A program made the position numbers and the translations under genes. 40,601 nucleotides of DNA from a virus. The DNA lies in the IMG/VR virus record IMGVR_UViG_3300045988_091682; one strand, written 5' to 3'. A model generated the notes under the pieces. The model worked only from the letters and a program-made list of their open reading frames with translations. It did no database searches and had not been told where the DNA came from. Of the stretch, positions 25,484 through 35,178 are shown in pieces. Position 1 is the stretch's first letter. Every line of letters starts with the position of its first letter.

Positions 25484-28345
25484 ATGGCAGAAAACACAAC
25501 AACCCGCGTCGTCGAGGTGCAAGTCGACAACGCGGAAGCTATCAAGCTGATAGCCGACTACAACGCCAAGATCGAGGAATCGACGGCAAAGGAAAAAGCC
25601 CTGCGCGAGGCGATCAAGAAAAAGGGAGAAGCCACCGCCGCCGACCGCGAGGAACTGGCGAAGCTACGCGCCGAACAGACCGCCTACAAGCGCGAGTTGC
25701 GCGAGGTTGAAAAGGAGGTGCAGAACAACATCAAGGCGGCCCGCGAGGAAGAGGGGTCGAACCGAAAACTGCGCGCCGAACTGTCGAACCTCACAAAACA
25801 GTACGATTCAATGAGTGCAGCCATGCAGAAAAGCGCAGAGGGCGAGGCACTCAAAAAACAGATCAACGAAATAACCGATGCGCTGCTCGAATCGGAAGAG
25901 GGTACGCAAAGGTTTTACCGGAACGTGGGTAACTATCCCGACATCAAGCCGCTCGAAACGCAATTAGGTGTAATTCGTCAGCAACTCGCGCAGATGAAAT
26001 ACGAGGGCAAAGAAACGACGCAAGAGTATCAAGACCTGCTGGGCGTCGCCGCAAATATGAAAGACGCCCTTGCTGACGTCGAGGCTGGCATCAATGCCGG
26101 GGCATCCGACACAGCGCAACTCGACGTGCTCATCAAGGGGACGCAAAATCTTTTGCAGCTATGGGCACAATGGTCGATACTTTCAAAGCAGTTAGGGGTC
26201 GAAAATAAAGACCTCGACAAAGCTATCGGCATTATAACGCAGATGCTCGGCGCACTCGTGGCCATCCAATCCGTGCAGAACATGTTGCAGAAACAGTCTA
26301 TCGTCATGCAAAAAGCACAAGCGGTTGCAACATGGGCACAGACGAAAGCGGAAACCGCCCGGACGTCGGCGATGGCCGCCGGGACGGTTGCCACAAACGC
26401 CGGAACCGCCGCAGTATGGAAATTCACGGCGGCGCTTTTTGCAAATCCAATCGGGGTTATCGTCGCGGCAATTATCGCGGCAATCGCGGCCGTTTATGCC
26501 CTCGTCAAGGCGTTTAGTTGGTTCAATTCGTCGACCGAAAAAGCGAAAGAGAATCTGAAAAAACAAGGCGAAGAACTCGATAAGCTCAATAAGAAATACG
26601 ACGAGCACATCGAGAAAATGAAAGCCCTCGGCAAAACCGACGAGGAAATAACGCTGACGCGCCTTGCCCTGCTGAAAGACCTTGCCAACAAGCGCGCCGA
26701 ACATTTCAAAGCGGCACAGCGGCTCTACAAAAAGGACAGCGAGGAATACAAGGCATCACAAGACGCCAAGAAAAAAGCGGACGAAGACTACCGATCAGCG
26801 CTGAACGATACAGCGAACCACCTGCGCAGCCTCGCGTCCGCCTATAACGACGCGGCGTTAAAAAAGAAACTGGGTACGGTCAAATACGCGACGCAACAAG
26901 CCAATGAGGAATTCAAGAATCAGCGCAAACTACTCGTCGAATTGGTGTATGCAGGTAAGGTAGCCAGCAGCGAAGCGAAAGATATTCTTGCGAGCCTCGA
27001 AGCCGCACGCGACAAGACAATAAAGGAAGCCTACAAAGAAGCCGCAGAAAAGCAGAAACAAGCCCTTGCGACCGAACTTGCCGCCGTGCGCGCAGCGACC
27101 GACGCCAAAGTCGCCTTGATGAAAGAGGGCATCAGCAAGCAGTTGACGCAGGAAGAGGTCGCATACCGCCGTCGGGTCGCCGATCTGAAAAAACGCCTCG
27201 AAACCGAAAAGGGGTTGACGAAAAAGGCAAAGGCAGCAATTCAGCAGCAAATCGAGCTGGCCGAACAGCAGCACGTCTTGAACGTCGAGAAGATCAACCG
27301 CGCGGGCCTCGACAAGAAAATCCGGCAAGAGCAGCAGAATATCGCCCTGCGGCTGGCCGCCGTCAAACAAGGAACCGACGCTGAATATACGCTGAAAGTC
27401 GAACAGTTACGGAAACAGCAGGAAGCCGAACTTGCCAACATCGAACTGACCGAGCAGCAAAAGGTTCTCATCCGGGAGAAATACAACAAGCAACTGGACG
27501 ACCTTTCGAACCAATGGATAAACGCCAACCTGCAAAAACAGAACGACGCTCTACGGCTCGAATGGGAGAACCGAATCAACGCCGCCGCCGTACAGGGGCA
27601 AAACACCCTGCAATTACAGTTGCAGATGCGGCAAGCGGAACTCATAGCCTTACAACAAATGGAGGGTGAAAGCGACGCCGCATTCAAGGCTCGACAGCTC
27701 GGCGCGCAGCAGGCATACGTCGACGCGAAACGAGCCATCAACGATTACGAGGTGCAAATCGAACAAGCAAAACTGGAAGCCCTCGCAGCAGTTACGAACG
27801 GCCTGTCGGGTTTACTCGAAGAGTTGGGCGAAGACAATAAGACTTTCGCCGTTTTGAGCAAGACACTTGCATTGGCCGAGATCGCCATCAACACCGGAAA
27901 GGCTATCGCAGCGGGTACGGCGCAGGCTCAAAGCGTCCCATTCCCCGGCAACCTTATCGCAATCGCTACGACTGTTGCGACGATCATGGCGAATATCACA
28001 TCGGCGATTAAAACCGTCAAATCGGCAAAATTCTCGACGGGTGGTTATGTGTCCGGGCCGGGAACGTCGACAAGCGACAGTATACCCGCCATGCTGTCGG
28101 ACGGCGAATCGGTAAACGCAGCCTTGCCGACGTCTATGTTTGCCCCGATCTACTCGGCACTAAACCAGCTCGGAGGCGGTGCGCCGATAGTCGCCGCACA
28201 GTCGAGCAATCAGATCGCAGGCGAAGATATGCTTGCCCGCGCATTCGCAAAGGGGGTTTCGCAACTCGACATGCGCGTCGGAGTGGACGAAATAACCCGT
28301 GTATCTGACCGGGTGAAAGTGGTCGAATCATTAGGCGATTTGTAG
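25484..28345 (+). CDS. Tail tape measure protein
   Basis: 953 aa with extended coiled coils and a central hydrophobic block (IGVIVAAIIAAIAAVYALV). The C-terminal motif is FSTGGYVSGPGTSTSDSIPAMLSDGESV. Confidence 0.8.
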   Translation: MAENTTTRVVEVQVDNAEAIKLIADYNAKIEESTAKEKALREAIKKKGEATAADREELAKLRAEQTAYKRELREVEKEVQNNIKAAREEEGSNRKLRAELSNLTKQYDSMSAAMQKSAEGEALKKQINEITDALLESEEGTQRFYRNVGNYPDIKPLETQLGVIRQQLAQMKYEGKETTQEYQDLLGVAANMKDALADVEAGINAGASDTAQLDVLIKGTQNLLQLWAQWSILSKQLGVENKDLDKAIGIITQMLGALVAIQSVQNMLQKQSIVMQKAQAVATWAQTKAETARTSAMAAGTVATNAGTAAVWKFTAALFANPIGVIVAAIIAAIAAVYALVKAFSWFNSSTEKAKENLKKQGEELDKLNKKYDEHIEKMKALGKTDEEITLTRLALLKDLANKRAEHFKAAQRLYKKDSEEYKASQDAKKKADEDYRSALNDTANHLRSLASAYNDAALKKKLGTVKYATQQANEEFKNQRKLLVELVYAGKVASSEAKDILASLEAARDKTIKEAYKEAAEKQKQALATELAAVRAATDAKVALMKEGISKQLTQEEVAYRRRVADLKKRLETEKGLTKKAKAAIQQQIELAEQQHVLNVEKINRAGLDKKIRQEQQNIALRLAAVKQGTDAEYTLKVEQLRKQQEAELANIELTEQQKVLIREKYNKQLDDLSNQWINANLQKQNDALRLEWENRINAAAVQGQNTLQLQLQMRQAELIALQQMEGESDAAFKARQLGAQQAYVDAKRAINDYEVQIEQAKLEALAAVTNGLSGLLEELGEDNKTFAVLSKTLALAEIAINTGKAIAAGTAQAQSVPFPGNLIAIATTVATIMANITSAIKTVKSAKFSTGGYVSGPGTSTSDSIPAMLSDGESVNAALPTSMFAPIYSALNQLGGGAPIVAAQSSNQIAGEDMLARAFAKGVSQLDMRVGVDEITRVSDRVKVVESLGDL

Positions 28346-28347
28346 TT

Positions 28348-28587
28348 ATGAAAGTGCATGAAATTTTACAACAGAACGCCGATCTGCTCCGGGCGCTCGC
28401 TCGCGCAGGCGCGGCTATTGAAGATGTCCGCTACATCCCTCTGTGGAGCGACTACGAACGGCTTCGCCGCGACGGGTTCAAAGTAGCGTATATCGTCGCC
28501 TACTTGTGCGATACCTACGAGGTCAGCGAACGCACCGTCTATCGCATTATCCGACGATTCGGCCGCGACGTCAATACGAGCCGCTGA
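28348..28587 (+). CDS. Small HTH protein (possible late regulator)
   Basis: 79 aa. YEVSERTVYRIIRRFG is HTH-like. The gene lies just before hairpin/-7 box cassette copy B. Confidence 0.5.
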   Translation: MKVHEILQQNADLLRALARAGAAIEDVRYIPLWSDYERLRRDGFKVAYIVAYLCDTYEVSERTVYRIIRRFGRDVNTSR

Positions 28588-28613
28588 CACGGCGTGTCAG
28601 TTGATTGTGCCTC

Positions 28614-28651
28614 AAAGCGTGTATTTATTACACGCTTTTTATTTAGCTTTG
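28614..28651 (+). terminator. Hairpin terminator plus -7 box cassette, copy B
   Basis: Stem aaagcgtgta / tacacgcttt, loop tttat, T-run, then TAGCTTTG (28644..28651). Confidence 0.6.
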
Positions 28652-28669
28652 TTTCGTAAAATCAAATCT

Positions 28670-29902
28670 ATGGCAACTCTCAAGCTCTACAATCCGATTC
28701 TTTCCGAAGCGACAAAAGAATGCTACTGGTTCTGCGACGAGGCCGGAACGAGTTTCAAGGACGTGGACGAATTCATCAACGGCATCCCAGCAGGCGACGA
28801 TAATATCGAATTACTATTGCACTGCGACGGCGGCGAGGTAAACGAGGGCTGGGCCATCGTCGACAAGCTGCGGAGCACGGGCAAGAAGATAACCGCGACC
28901 ATCGAGGGGAATTGCGCGTCGATGGCTACCGTCGTTTTGCTGGCCGCTTCCGAACGCCGAGCATACCCGCACGCCTCGTTGCTCATTCACAAGCCCTACT
29001 ATCCCGAATACACGCTGGCCGACGCATACCGTGCCGATGATCTCGAATCGCTGGCCGCCTCGTTACGGGACGACGAACAGAAAATGCTCGATTTCTACGT
29101 CGAGCGAACCGGAGCGGATCGCGCGGAACTCGAAGCGCTTATGAACGAAGACAAGTTTATCGGGATGGAGCGAGCAAAGGAACTCGGATTCATCCAGACG
29201 ATCATTCCCGCAGCGTCGGCATCGGCAGGCGGCCCGAACAGCGCGAAATCGGCTGCGTGGAAGCAGCAAAATTCAATAACCAACAATCAAAATTCTATGG
29301 CAACAAAAACCACGAAAAGCGAAGACAAAAGCGTGCTTCGCAAAGCCCTCGCAGCGCTGGCCGTTGCGCTGGGACTGGAAGCCCCGCAGCCCGTCAATTA
29401 CGAGCTGAACACCGAATCGGGCGACACGATCACGATTGACAAGCCGGACGGCGAAGACCCCGCCGTCGGCGACAGCGCATCGCCGGACGGAGAACACAAG
29501 ATGCCCGACGGCAAGACAATCGTCATCGAAGACGGTAAAATCACGGAAATCCGCGACGCCGAAGACGAGGGCGACGGAGGGGGCGATGGTGGCGACGGCA
29601 GCGGAAACGACCCCGATTCCGATGCGCTGGCGGCGGCTAACGCACGTATCGCCGAACTCGAAACCGAACTTGCGGACGCCCGCAAGAACGCAAAAACGAC
29701 CGACGAGAAACGCATCTTGAATCTCGTCGCCATCGCGGGCGGCGAAGCGTGGCTTGTCAAGGCCAAGTCCGACTACAAGCCCGCTGCACGTCAAACCACG
29801 ACCACAGCCGCAGGAGAAGGCAAGAAGAACGCCGCGAAACCGCAGTCGCGCGTTCAGCAGCGCATCGCCGAACTCGAAGCAGCACATCAGAAAACGGAGT
29901 AA
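28670..29902 (+). CDS. ClpP-family (S14) prohead protease fused to a scaffold-like C-terminal region
   Basis: The start is set at MATLKLYNP. GNCASMATVVL (Ser) and LLIHKP (His) are the protease motifs. The C-terminus is acidic and coiled-coil (ARIAELETELADARK). Confidence 0.75.
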   Translation: MATLKLYNPILSEATKECYWFCDEAGTSFKDVDEFINGIPAGDDNIELLLHCDGGEVNEGWAIVDKLRSTGKKITATIEGNCASMATVVLLAASERRAYPHASLLIHKPYYPEYTLADAYRADDLESLAASLRDDEQKMLDFYVERTGADRAELEALMNEDKFIGMERAKELGFIQTIIPAASASAGGPNSAKSAAWKQQNSITNNQNSMATKTTKSEDKSVLRKALAALAVALGLEAPQPVNYELNTESGDTITIDKPDGEDPAVGDSASPDGEHKMPDGKTIVIEDGKITEIRDAEDEGDGGGDGGDGSGNDPDSDALAAANARIAELETELADARKNAKTTDEKRILNLVAIAGGEAWLVKAKSDYKPAARQTTTTAAGEGKKNAAKPQSRVQQRIAELEAAHQKTE

Positions 29903-29925
29903 ATCACAAACAACACCAATCAATT

Positions 29926-31008
29926 ATGGCAAGTACAGGACTTAACTTTGCGAATCTGACCCCCGACGACGGGGCCGTCAAAGACCTCAAACGTCTGATC
30001 TTCCTTGCGGTCACCGACCCCGAATCGCTCGGAAAGATTTTCAATTTCCTGCCGAAACAGAAGCACGGCGAAAAGGTCGGTTTCATCGGCGAATTCGGCA
30101 TGGTCGGCAAAGCCTCACAGGGCTGTAATCCGACGTTCGGAACCAGCGTCATTGCGACGAGCGAAAAAGAGTGGGACATCCACGAATGGGAGGTCGCCGA
30201 AAAAATCTGCTACAAGGATTTGGAGGGCACGGTCGCACAGGTCGCCATGCGTACCAAGACGAACATCGCCGACCTCACGGGCACGGAATATACCGACTAT
30301 ATCCTCGCGCCCCGGCTCGAACTCGCCATCCGCAAGATGCTGATGCGTTACGCATGGTTCGGCGACAAGGCAGCCGATACGGTCACAGACGGCGGCAACC
30401 TGCTCGATTCCATCGACCCGGCGTATTTTACCCTCGTCGACGGTTTCTGGAAGCGTCTGTTTACGCTGGCCGCCGCAACGCCCGACCGTCGCACCACATG
30501 CGCAGCCAACGCCGCCACAACGTTCGCCGAGCAGAAAGCCGCCATGCGTCAGAACTATGCCGCCGTCGATTTCCTCGACGCGCTGATCTCCGACGCCTCA
30601 ACGGTTCTGCGGCAGGCCAACGGTCAGCTCATCTACATCACGCAGGCGCTGAAAGACGCGCTGGACGCCGACCTCAAACGAAACAACAAAGGTTCAGAAT
30701 TGCAGTGGACGGCGCTGTTCGATGGCATCACGGAGACGAACTACAACGGTGTGCAAATGCTCGCCATCCCGTTCCTCGACGAGATCATCAAAGGCTGCGA
30801 AACCGTCAGCGGCGGCAAGGCGTGGAACAAGCCTTATCGCGCGCTCTACACGATCAAAGACGACCTGCTCGTCGGTATGGAGAGCGAAAGCGAAGTCGCC
30901 GACATTCAGGTATGGTTCAACAAGGACGAGCAGATGAACAAAATTCTGTCGAAAGACAAGATCGGAACGCTGATCGCCGACGATAACCTCGTGCAGGTAG
31001 GTTTCTAA
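29926..31008 (+). CDS. Major capsid protein (by position)
   Basis: The start is set at MASTGLNFANL (360 aa). It lies directly downstream of the protease/scaffold gene. Confidence 0.6.
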   Translation: MASTGLNFANLTPDDGAVKDLKRLIFLAVTDPESLGKIFNFLPKQKHGEKVGFIGEFGMVGKASQGCNPTFGTSVIATSEKEWDIHEWEVAEKICYKDLEGTVAQVAMRTKTNIADLTGTEYTDYILAPRLELAIRKMLMRYAWFGDKAADTVTDGGNLLDSIDPAYFTLVDGFWKRLFTLAAATPDRRTTCAANAATTFAEQKAAMRQNYAAVDFLDALISDASTVLRQANGQLIYITQALKDALDADLKRNNKGSELQWTALFDGITETNYNGVQMLAIPFLDEIIKGCETVSGGKAWNKPYRALYTIKDDLLVGMESESEVADIQVWFNKDEQMNKILSKDKIGTLIADDNLVQVGF

Positions 31009-31029
31009 CCCTCAAAACTCGATTACACT

Positions 31030-31650
31030 ATGAATTGCGATAGCTTCATCAAGGCGAAAATCGAAAAGAACTGCGCGGAACCGATCGCGCGAGGCGTCGA
31101 GCGTATCGCGTGGATCGGAAACCGGGCGCAGCTCGACATCGCCAATCTTGAATTTGTCGAGGGTTCGACGAATCAAGTGCTGAATCTGCCGCTTATCAAA
31201 GGCGCGCAGTTGTACCCGATCATCCAGTACGGGACAAAGCCGTTCGAGGGGCTGAAAACCGATCTCGACGGCAGCGGCAAGCTGGGCGGCACGGCTTCGA
31301 CCGAATTTCCGTTCATCGTGCCCGACAACAGCCCGGCGGTTTGCGAGAATATCATCGACCCGCTGCTCGACGGAGAGTTTTTCGTCATTTGGCAGAACCG
31401 ACACAAGAACCTGCGGGCCACGAACGAAGCGGAGCGCGGAGCGTCTGCATACCAAATCGCCGGACTTTTCAACGGCCTCACGCTGTCGGCCGGGTCGTGC
31501 GAGAAATACAGCGACGACACCCTGTCGGGCTGGGCTATTACGCTCAAAGAGGAGAAAGCGCCCCGCTCGGCGATGTTCCTCAACGCGGGTTCGCTCGCAG
31601 CCACCGAGGCGCTCATCAAAACGATGCTCACCCCCTCGGAGACGGAGTAA
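31030..31650 (+). CDS. Hypothetical virion protein
   Basis: 206-aa ORF. Confidence 0.6.
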   Translation: MNCDSFIKAKIEKNCAEPIARGVERIAWIGNRAQLDIANLEFVEGSTNQVLNLPLIKGAQLYPIIQYGTKPFEGLKTDLDGSGKLGGTASTEFPFIVPDNSPAVCENIIDPLLDGEFFVIWQNRHKNLRATNEAERGASAYQIAGLFNGLTLSAGSCEKYSDDTLSGWAITLKEEKAPRSAMFLNAGSLAATEALIKTMLTPSETE

Positions 31651-31656
31651 TGCACT

Positions 31657-32427
31657 ATGACCGTCGACGAGGTAAAAATCCTGCTTTCGGACTTGAATAG
31701 GGGTTACAATACCCCCTATTCGAGCGCCGAACAGGCAACTATCGAAAGACTTTATTACGAGGTCTTGGGAAAGCGCTTGAGCGGCTGCCGATGTCCCGAC
31801 AGGTGGCACGACGCCGTGCTCGAAATCAACTCGTACATCAAAAAACACGGAAAAATGAAAGAAAAATCGAATTACAAACTGCGTGCAGGGGTTATTCTGC
31901 AAATCGCAGGGTCTTCGGAAATTTACACGAACGACAATCTGACCGACGAGGTGGCCGCGGCGTTCCTCAAAGAGCACCCGAACGCCGCTGGGCGTTTCGA
32001 GGTTATCCCTACGGCGAAGAAAGACGCCGAAGCGCCGAAAGCTGGCGGGGAATCGTCGGAACTCGAAGCGGCACACAACCGTATCGCCATCCTCGAATCC
32101 GAGAAAGCGGAACTTGAAAGCCGTTGCGCCGCATTGCAGGCCCGAATCGACGCCGCGGCGGCCACCGAAACGGCGGCCACCAACGACGAGAAGCCCGGCA
32201 GCGGTGACACCGGAGCCGAAAGCGCTGACGAAGCCGACGAACAGCCCGCCGGATACAATGGCAATACTGCCGATGACGCTATCCGGCAGGCTATCGCCGC
32301 CGAACTCGTGGCCGGAAAGTCGAAAACGGCTATCAAGCAGGAGTTGGCGGGCAAGGAGATCGGCGGCGTGAAGCTCACGCACCGCCTTATTTCCGACTAC
32401 ATCGAGAAGATCACCGCAGAGGAGTAA
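31657..32427 (+). CDS. Hypothetical protein with an acidic Ala-rich C-terminal region
   Basis: 256-aa ORF. Confidence 0.6.
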   Translation: MTVDEVKILLSDLNRGYNTPYSSAEQATIERLYYEVLGKRLSGCRCPDRWHDAVLEINSYIKKHGKMKEKSNYKLRAGVILQIAGSSEIYTNDNLTDEVAAAFLKEHPNAAGRFEVIPTAKKDAEAPKAGGESSELEAAHNRIAILESEKAELESRCAALQARIDAAAATETAATNDEKPGSGDTGAESADEADEQPAGYNGNTADDAIRQAIAAELVAGKSKTAIKQELAGKEIGGVKLTHRLISDYIEKITAEE

Positions 32428-32433
32428 CCACCC

Positions 32434-33615
32434 ATGAACGTAAAGCACACAAAGAAGCCCGAAACGCGTGTAGACGTCAAATATCTGTCGTCGTTAGGTA
32501 TCAAAACCTACGGCGACAATAACCTATACCCGCAAACGGTGCGCGATATTGTCGATTCGTCGCCCACAGGTCGCACCTGTGTCGAACGGCGTTCGACATA
32601 TATCGAGGGGAACGGCCTTGCATCGCAAGCGTTGGCCGAAACCGTGTGCGACACGCGAGGGAATACGGTAGACGACGTACATCACTTGTGCGCCGACGAT
32701 GTAGCCTACCAAGACGGCCTTGCCCTACACGTCAATTACAATATTCTCGGACAGATCGTGTCGATGGCGCACGTTCCGTTCGAGAATTGCCGCCTTGAAG
32801 AGGAAGACGACGACGGCGTTATAAGCCATATCGTCGTACATCCCGATTGGCGGGGTAAAAAGACGCGCGGCGGCAAGGCCGTAAAGGTAACCATCGAAAC
32901 AATCGAGGTGTTCCCGGTCTTCAATCCGTCGCCCGATGTCGTGCAGTTGCAGATACAGGCCGCAGGCGGTATCGAATTCTACAAGGGTCAGATTCTCTAC
33001 ATTTCACGTGCCGGGCGAAATGCCTATCCCCTGCCGTTGGTCGACGTCGTATTGACCGACATGTCGACGGACGAGGGGCTTTCGAACGTCAACAACCGAA
33101 ACGTCCGAAATAATTTCCTCACGGCGGGAATGCTCATCACGAAGCGCGGACAAGGCAGCAGCACAGTCGACGGCGACAAAGACGGCGTATCGTCCGACGA
33201 CGGATTTACGGAGGAATTCGAAAAACTGCAAGGCGATACGAATTCGCTTAAAATCATGCAGGTTGAGATTGAAACCGACGAGGATAAGCCCGAATTCGTA
33301 CCGTTCAAGACGAACAACTACGACAAGGAGTTTACAGCCACAACGAAAGCTGTAACCGATAATATCTATGCGGCGCTCAACCAAGAAACGTTCGGAAGAT
33401 TACGCAGCGGCAGTATCGGGTTCACAGGCGACCTTGCGAACGACGTGAAGCGTGAATACTGCGAGCAGGTAGCGAAGCAGCAACGGATGTTATCGCGTGC
33501 GTATCGGGCTATTTTCAGCCATTGGGAACCGAACACGATTCCGTACACCGGAGCGGGCGATGCTGCCATCGAACCGCTCGTAAAATCTATTGCCAACGAT
33601 GCGACATCTGATTGA
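32434..33615 (+). CDS. Putative portal protein
   Basis: 393 aa. Its size and general sequence character resemble portal proteins. The assignment is not motif-proven. Confidence 0.45.
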   Translation: MNVKHTKKPETRVDVKYLSSLGIKTYGDNNLYPQTVRDIVDSSPTGRTCVERRSTYIEGNGLASQALAETVCDTRGNTVDDVHHLCADDVAYQDGLALHVNYNILGQIVSMAHVPFENCRLEEEDDDGVISHIVVHPDWRGKKTRGGKAVKVTIETIEVFPVFNPSPDVVQLQIQAAGGIEFYKGQILYISRAGRNAYPLPLVDVVLTDMSTDEGLSNVNNRNVRNNFLTAGMLITKRGQGSSTVDGDKDGVSSDDGFTEEFEKLQGDTNSLKIMQVEIETDEDKPEFVPFKTNNYDKEFTATTKAVTDNIYAALNQETFGRLRSGSIGFTGDLANDVKREYCEQVAKQQRMLSRAYRAIFSHWEPNTIPYTGAGDAAIEPLVKSIANDATSD

Positions 33616-34102
33616 ACCGTGCGACGTCGATAAATACGCCCGCCCCTGCGACATGGACGACGAGATTATCGCCCGCGCCATCGAAGAGGCCGAATTGCTC
33701 GACATCAAACCGAAGCTGGGCGACGAACTGTTCATGCGACTGCTTACACACGTGCAATTCGCCGTACTCCTTAATGGCGGCGAATATACCGACGAGTGTA
33801 GAAACCGACGACATTTCGTCGGTTTGCGCCGGGCGCTGGCCTACTACGTTTGGGCACGCCTCGTCAAAACGAGCGTAAGCCATTTGACACGCTTCGGCTT
33901 CGTGCAGAAGCGCGACGAGTATTCACAGGCGACCGAATATCGCGAGCGGCAAACGGCGTACAACGACGCTTTCGCCATCGCTGACGGTTATATGAAAGAG
34001 TGCCTTGCCTACATCCAAGCAAAGCCCGAAATTTTCGCTGATTATACGCTCAAGGGGAAAGTCAAGGCCAATCGAACGAAATTCAAAATTTTAGGCAATT
34101 AA
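33590..34102 (+). CDS. Hypothetical protein (possible head-tail connector)
   Basis: 170-aa ORF. An alternative start lies at 33599. Confidence 0.55.
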   Translation: MPTMRHLIEPCDVDKYARPCDMDDEIIARAIEEAELLDIKPKLGDELFMRLLTHVQFAVLLNGGEYTDECRNRRHFVGLRRALAYYVWARLVKTSVSHLTRFGFVQKRDEYSQATEYRERQTAYNDAFAIADGYMKECLAYIQAKPEIFADYTLKGKVKANRTKFKILGN

Positions 34103-34104
34103 CT

Positions 34105-35166
34105 ATGTATGACATCAAATTAGGGCAGGGATGCGGCATCAAAGCCACGATGTTGACCCCGGCAGGCGGCGTCTGCGATCTGCGCCGAGCACGGTATATC
34201 GCAGCGTCGCTCGTACTGGTATCCGGCGCAACGATGAATTGCGAAGACGTCACGTTCAATGAGGTGACGAACGCTGTTTATGTGCGCCTGCTCGGAACCC
34301 GCGAACTGACCGCCACCGGGCGCTATGGCATCATCTTCAACGTCAAACTGGAAGACAAGACGATGTATTCGACGCCCGTTGTGTGGTTCGCGGAAGTCAA
34401 AGAGAACGCCCCGACAGGCTATCACGAACTGACGCTATCGCTGTCGCTCACCGTCGTAAATTTCCCGGACAATGTCTCCTATACGGGAGCGTCGCCAAAG
34501 ATCGGCGACAAAAATACGTGGCTGGTCTACGACGACAATCTCAACGCGTATGTCGATACGGGTATCGAGGTCGGATATGCGAACCTGTTGTCACGCTACG
34601 ACGGTAAGTTTGCCGAAATCGTCGTCCCGTGTACCGAGGCAACCAACGCGGCCGCAGCGGCCACGGTCGCCGCAAACAACGCGGCCGCAGCAGCCAATAG
34701 CGCAGCAGGAAGTGCATCGACGGAGACAACAGCAGCGAATACAGCCGCAGGCAAGGCCAACGCCGCAACGACGGCCGCAAATAACGCAGCAACAGCGGCC
34801 AACACAGCCACGGGTAAGGCAAACGAGGCGGCGACAGCAGCAAATAATGCAGCGGAATCCGCACAGCGCGTCGTCGACACCTACGACGACGTTATCAATA
34901 CGCTCGCGCACTCCGACTGCACCCTCGACGAGCGGGTCGAGGCACTCGAAAAGGCGCTTATAGCCGTCTTGTCGGGTGCTGTCGTGATTCCCAAATTGCA
35001 GATCAAGGAATTGAACGTATGGGGCAATAACAGCCTTGCCCCCGTCGGCGACGGCGCACCGACGAAAGCCCCGGACAGAGCCGGGCAGTTCTACATCGAC
35101 AAGACCGCCCGCGCGCTCTATTTCTCAACGGGTAACGCGGCCGTGTCAGACTGGAAAATTCAATAA
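34105..35166 (+). CDS. Fibre-like protein with Ala/Asn/Thr-rich repeats
   Basis: 353 aa. The central region has imperfect 22-aa repeats, with the unit AANTA(A/T)GKAN(A/E)A(A/T)TAANNAA occurring twice. Confidence 0.6.
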   Translation: MYDIKLGQGCGIKATMLTPAGGVCDLRRARYIAASLVLVSGATMNCEDVTFNEVTNAVYVRLLGTRELTATGRYGIIFNVKLEDKTMYSTPVVWFAEVKENAPTGYHELTLSLSLTVVNFPDNVSYTGASPKIGDKNTWLVYDDNLNAYVDTGIEVGYANLLSRYDGKFAEIVVPCTEATNAAAAATVAANNAAAAANSAAGSASTETTAANTAAGKANAATTAANNAATAANTATGKANEAATAANNAAESAQRVVDTYDDVINTLAHSDCTLDERVEALEKALIAVLSGAVVIPKLQIKELNVWGNNSLAPVGDGAPTKAPDRAGQFYIDKTARALYFSTGNAAVSDWKIQ

Positions 35167-35178
35167 TGCAAACGGAAT

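Noticed and set aside
31012-32448. 478-aa ORF on the - strand, the longest minus-strand ORF outside the lysogeny module
   Set aside because: It lies antisense to three tightly packed + strand genes with sensible protein sequences. Its translation is Arg/Gly/Val-rich and low-complexity with no recognisable motif, which is typical of a shadow ORF in GC-rich DNA.
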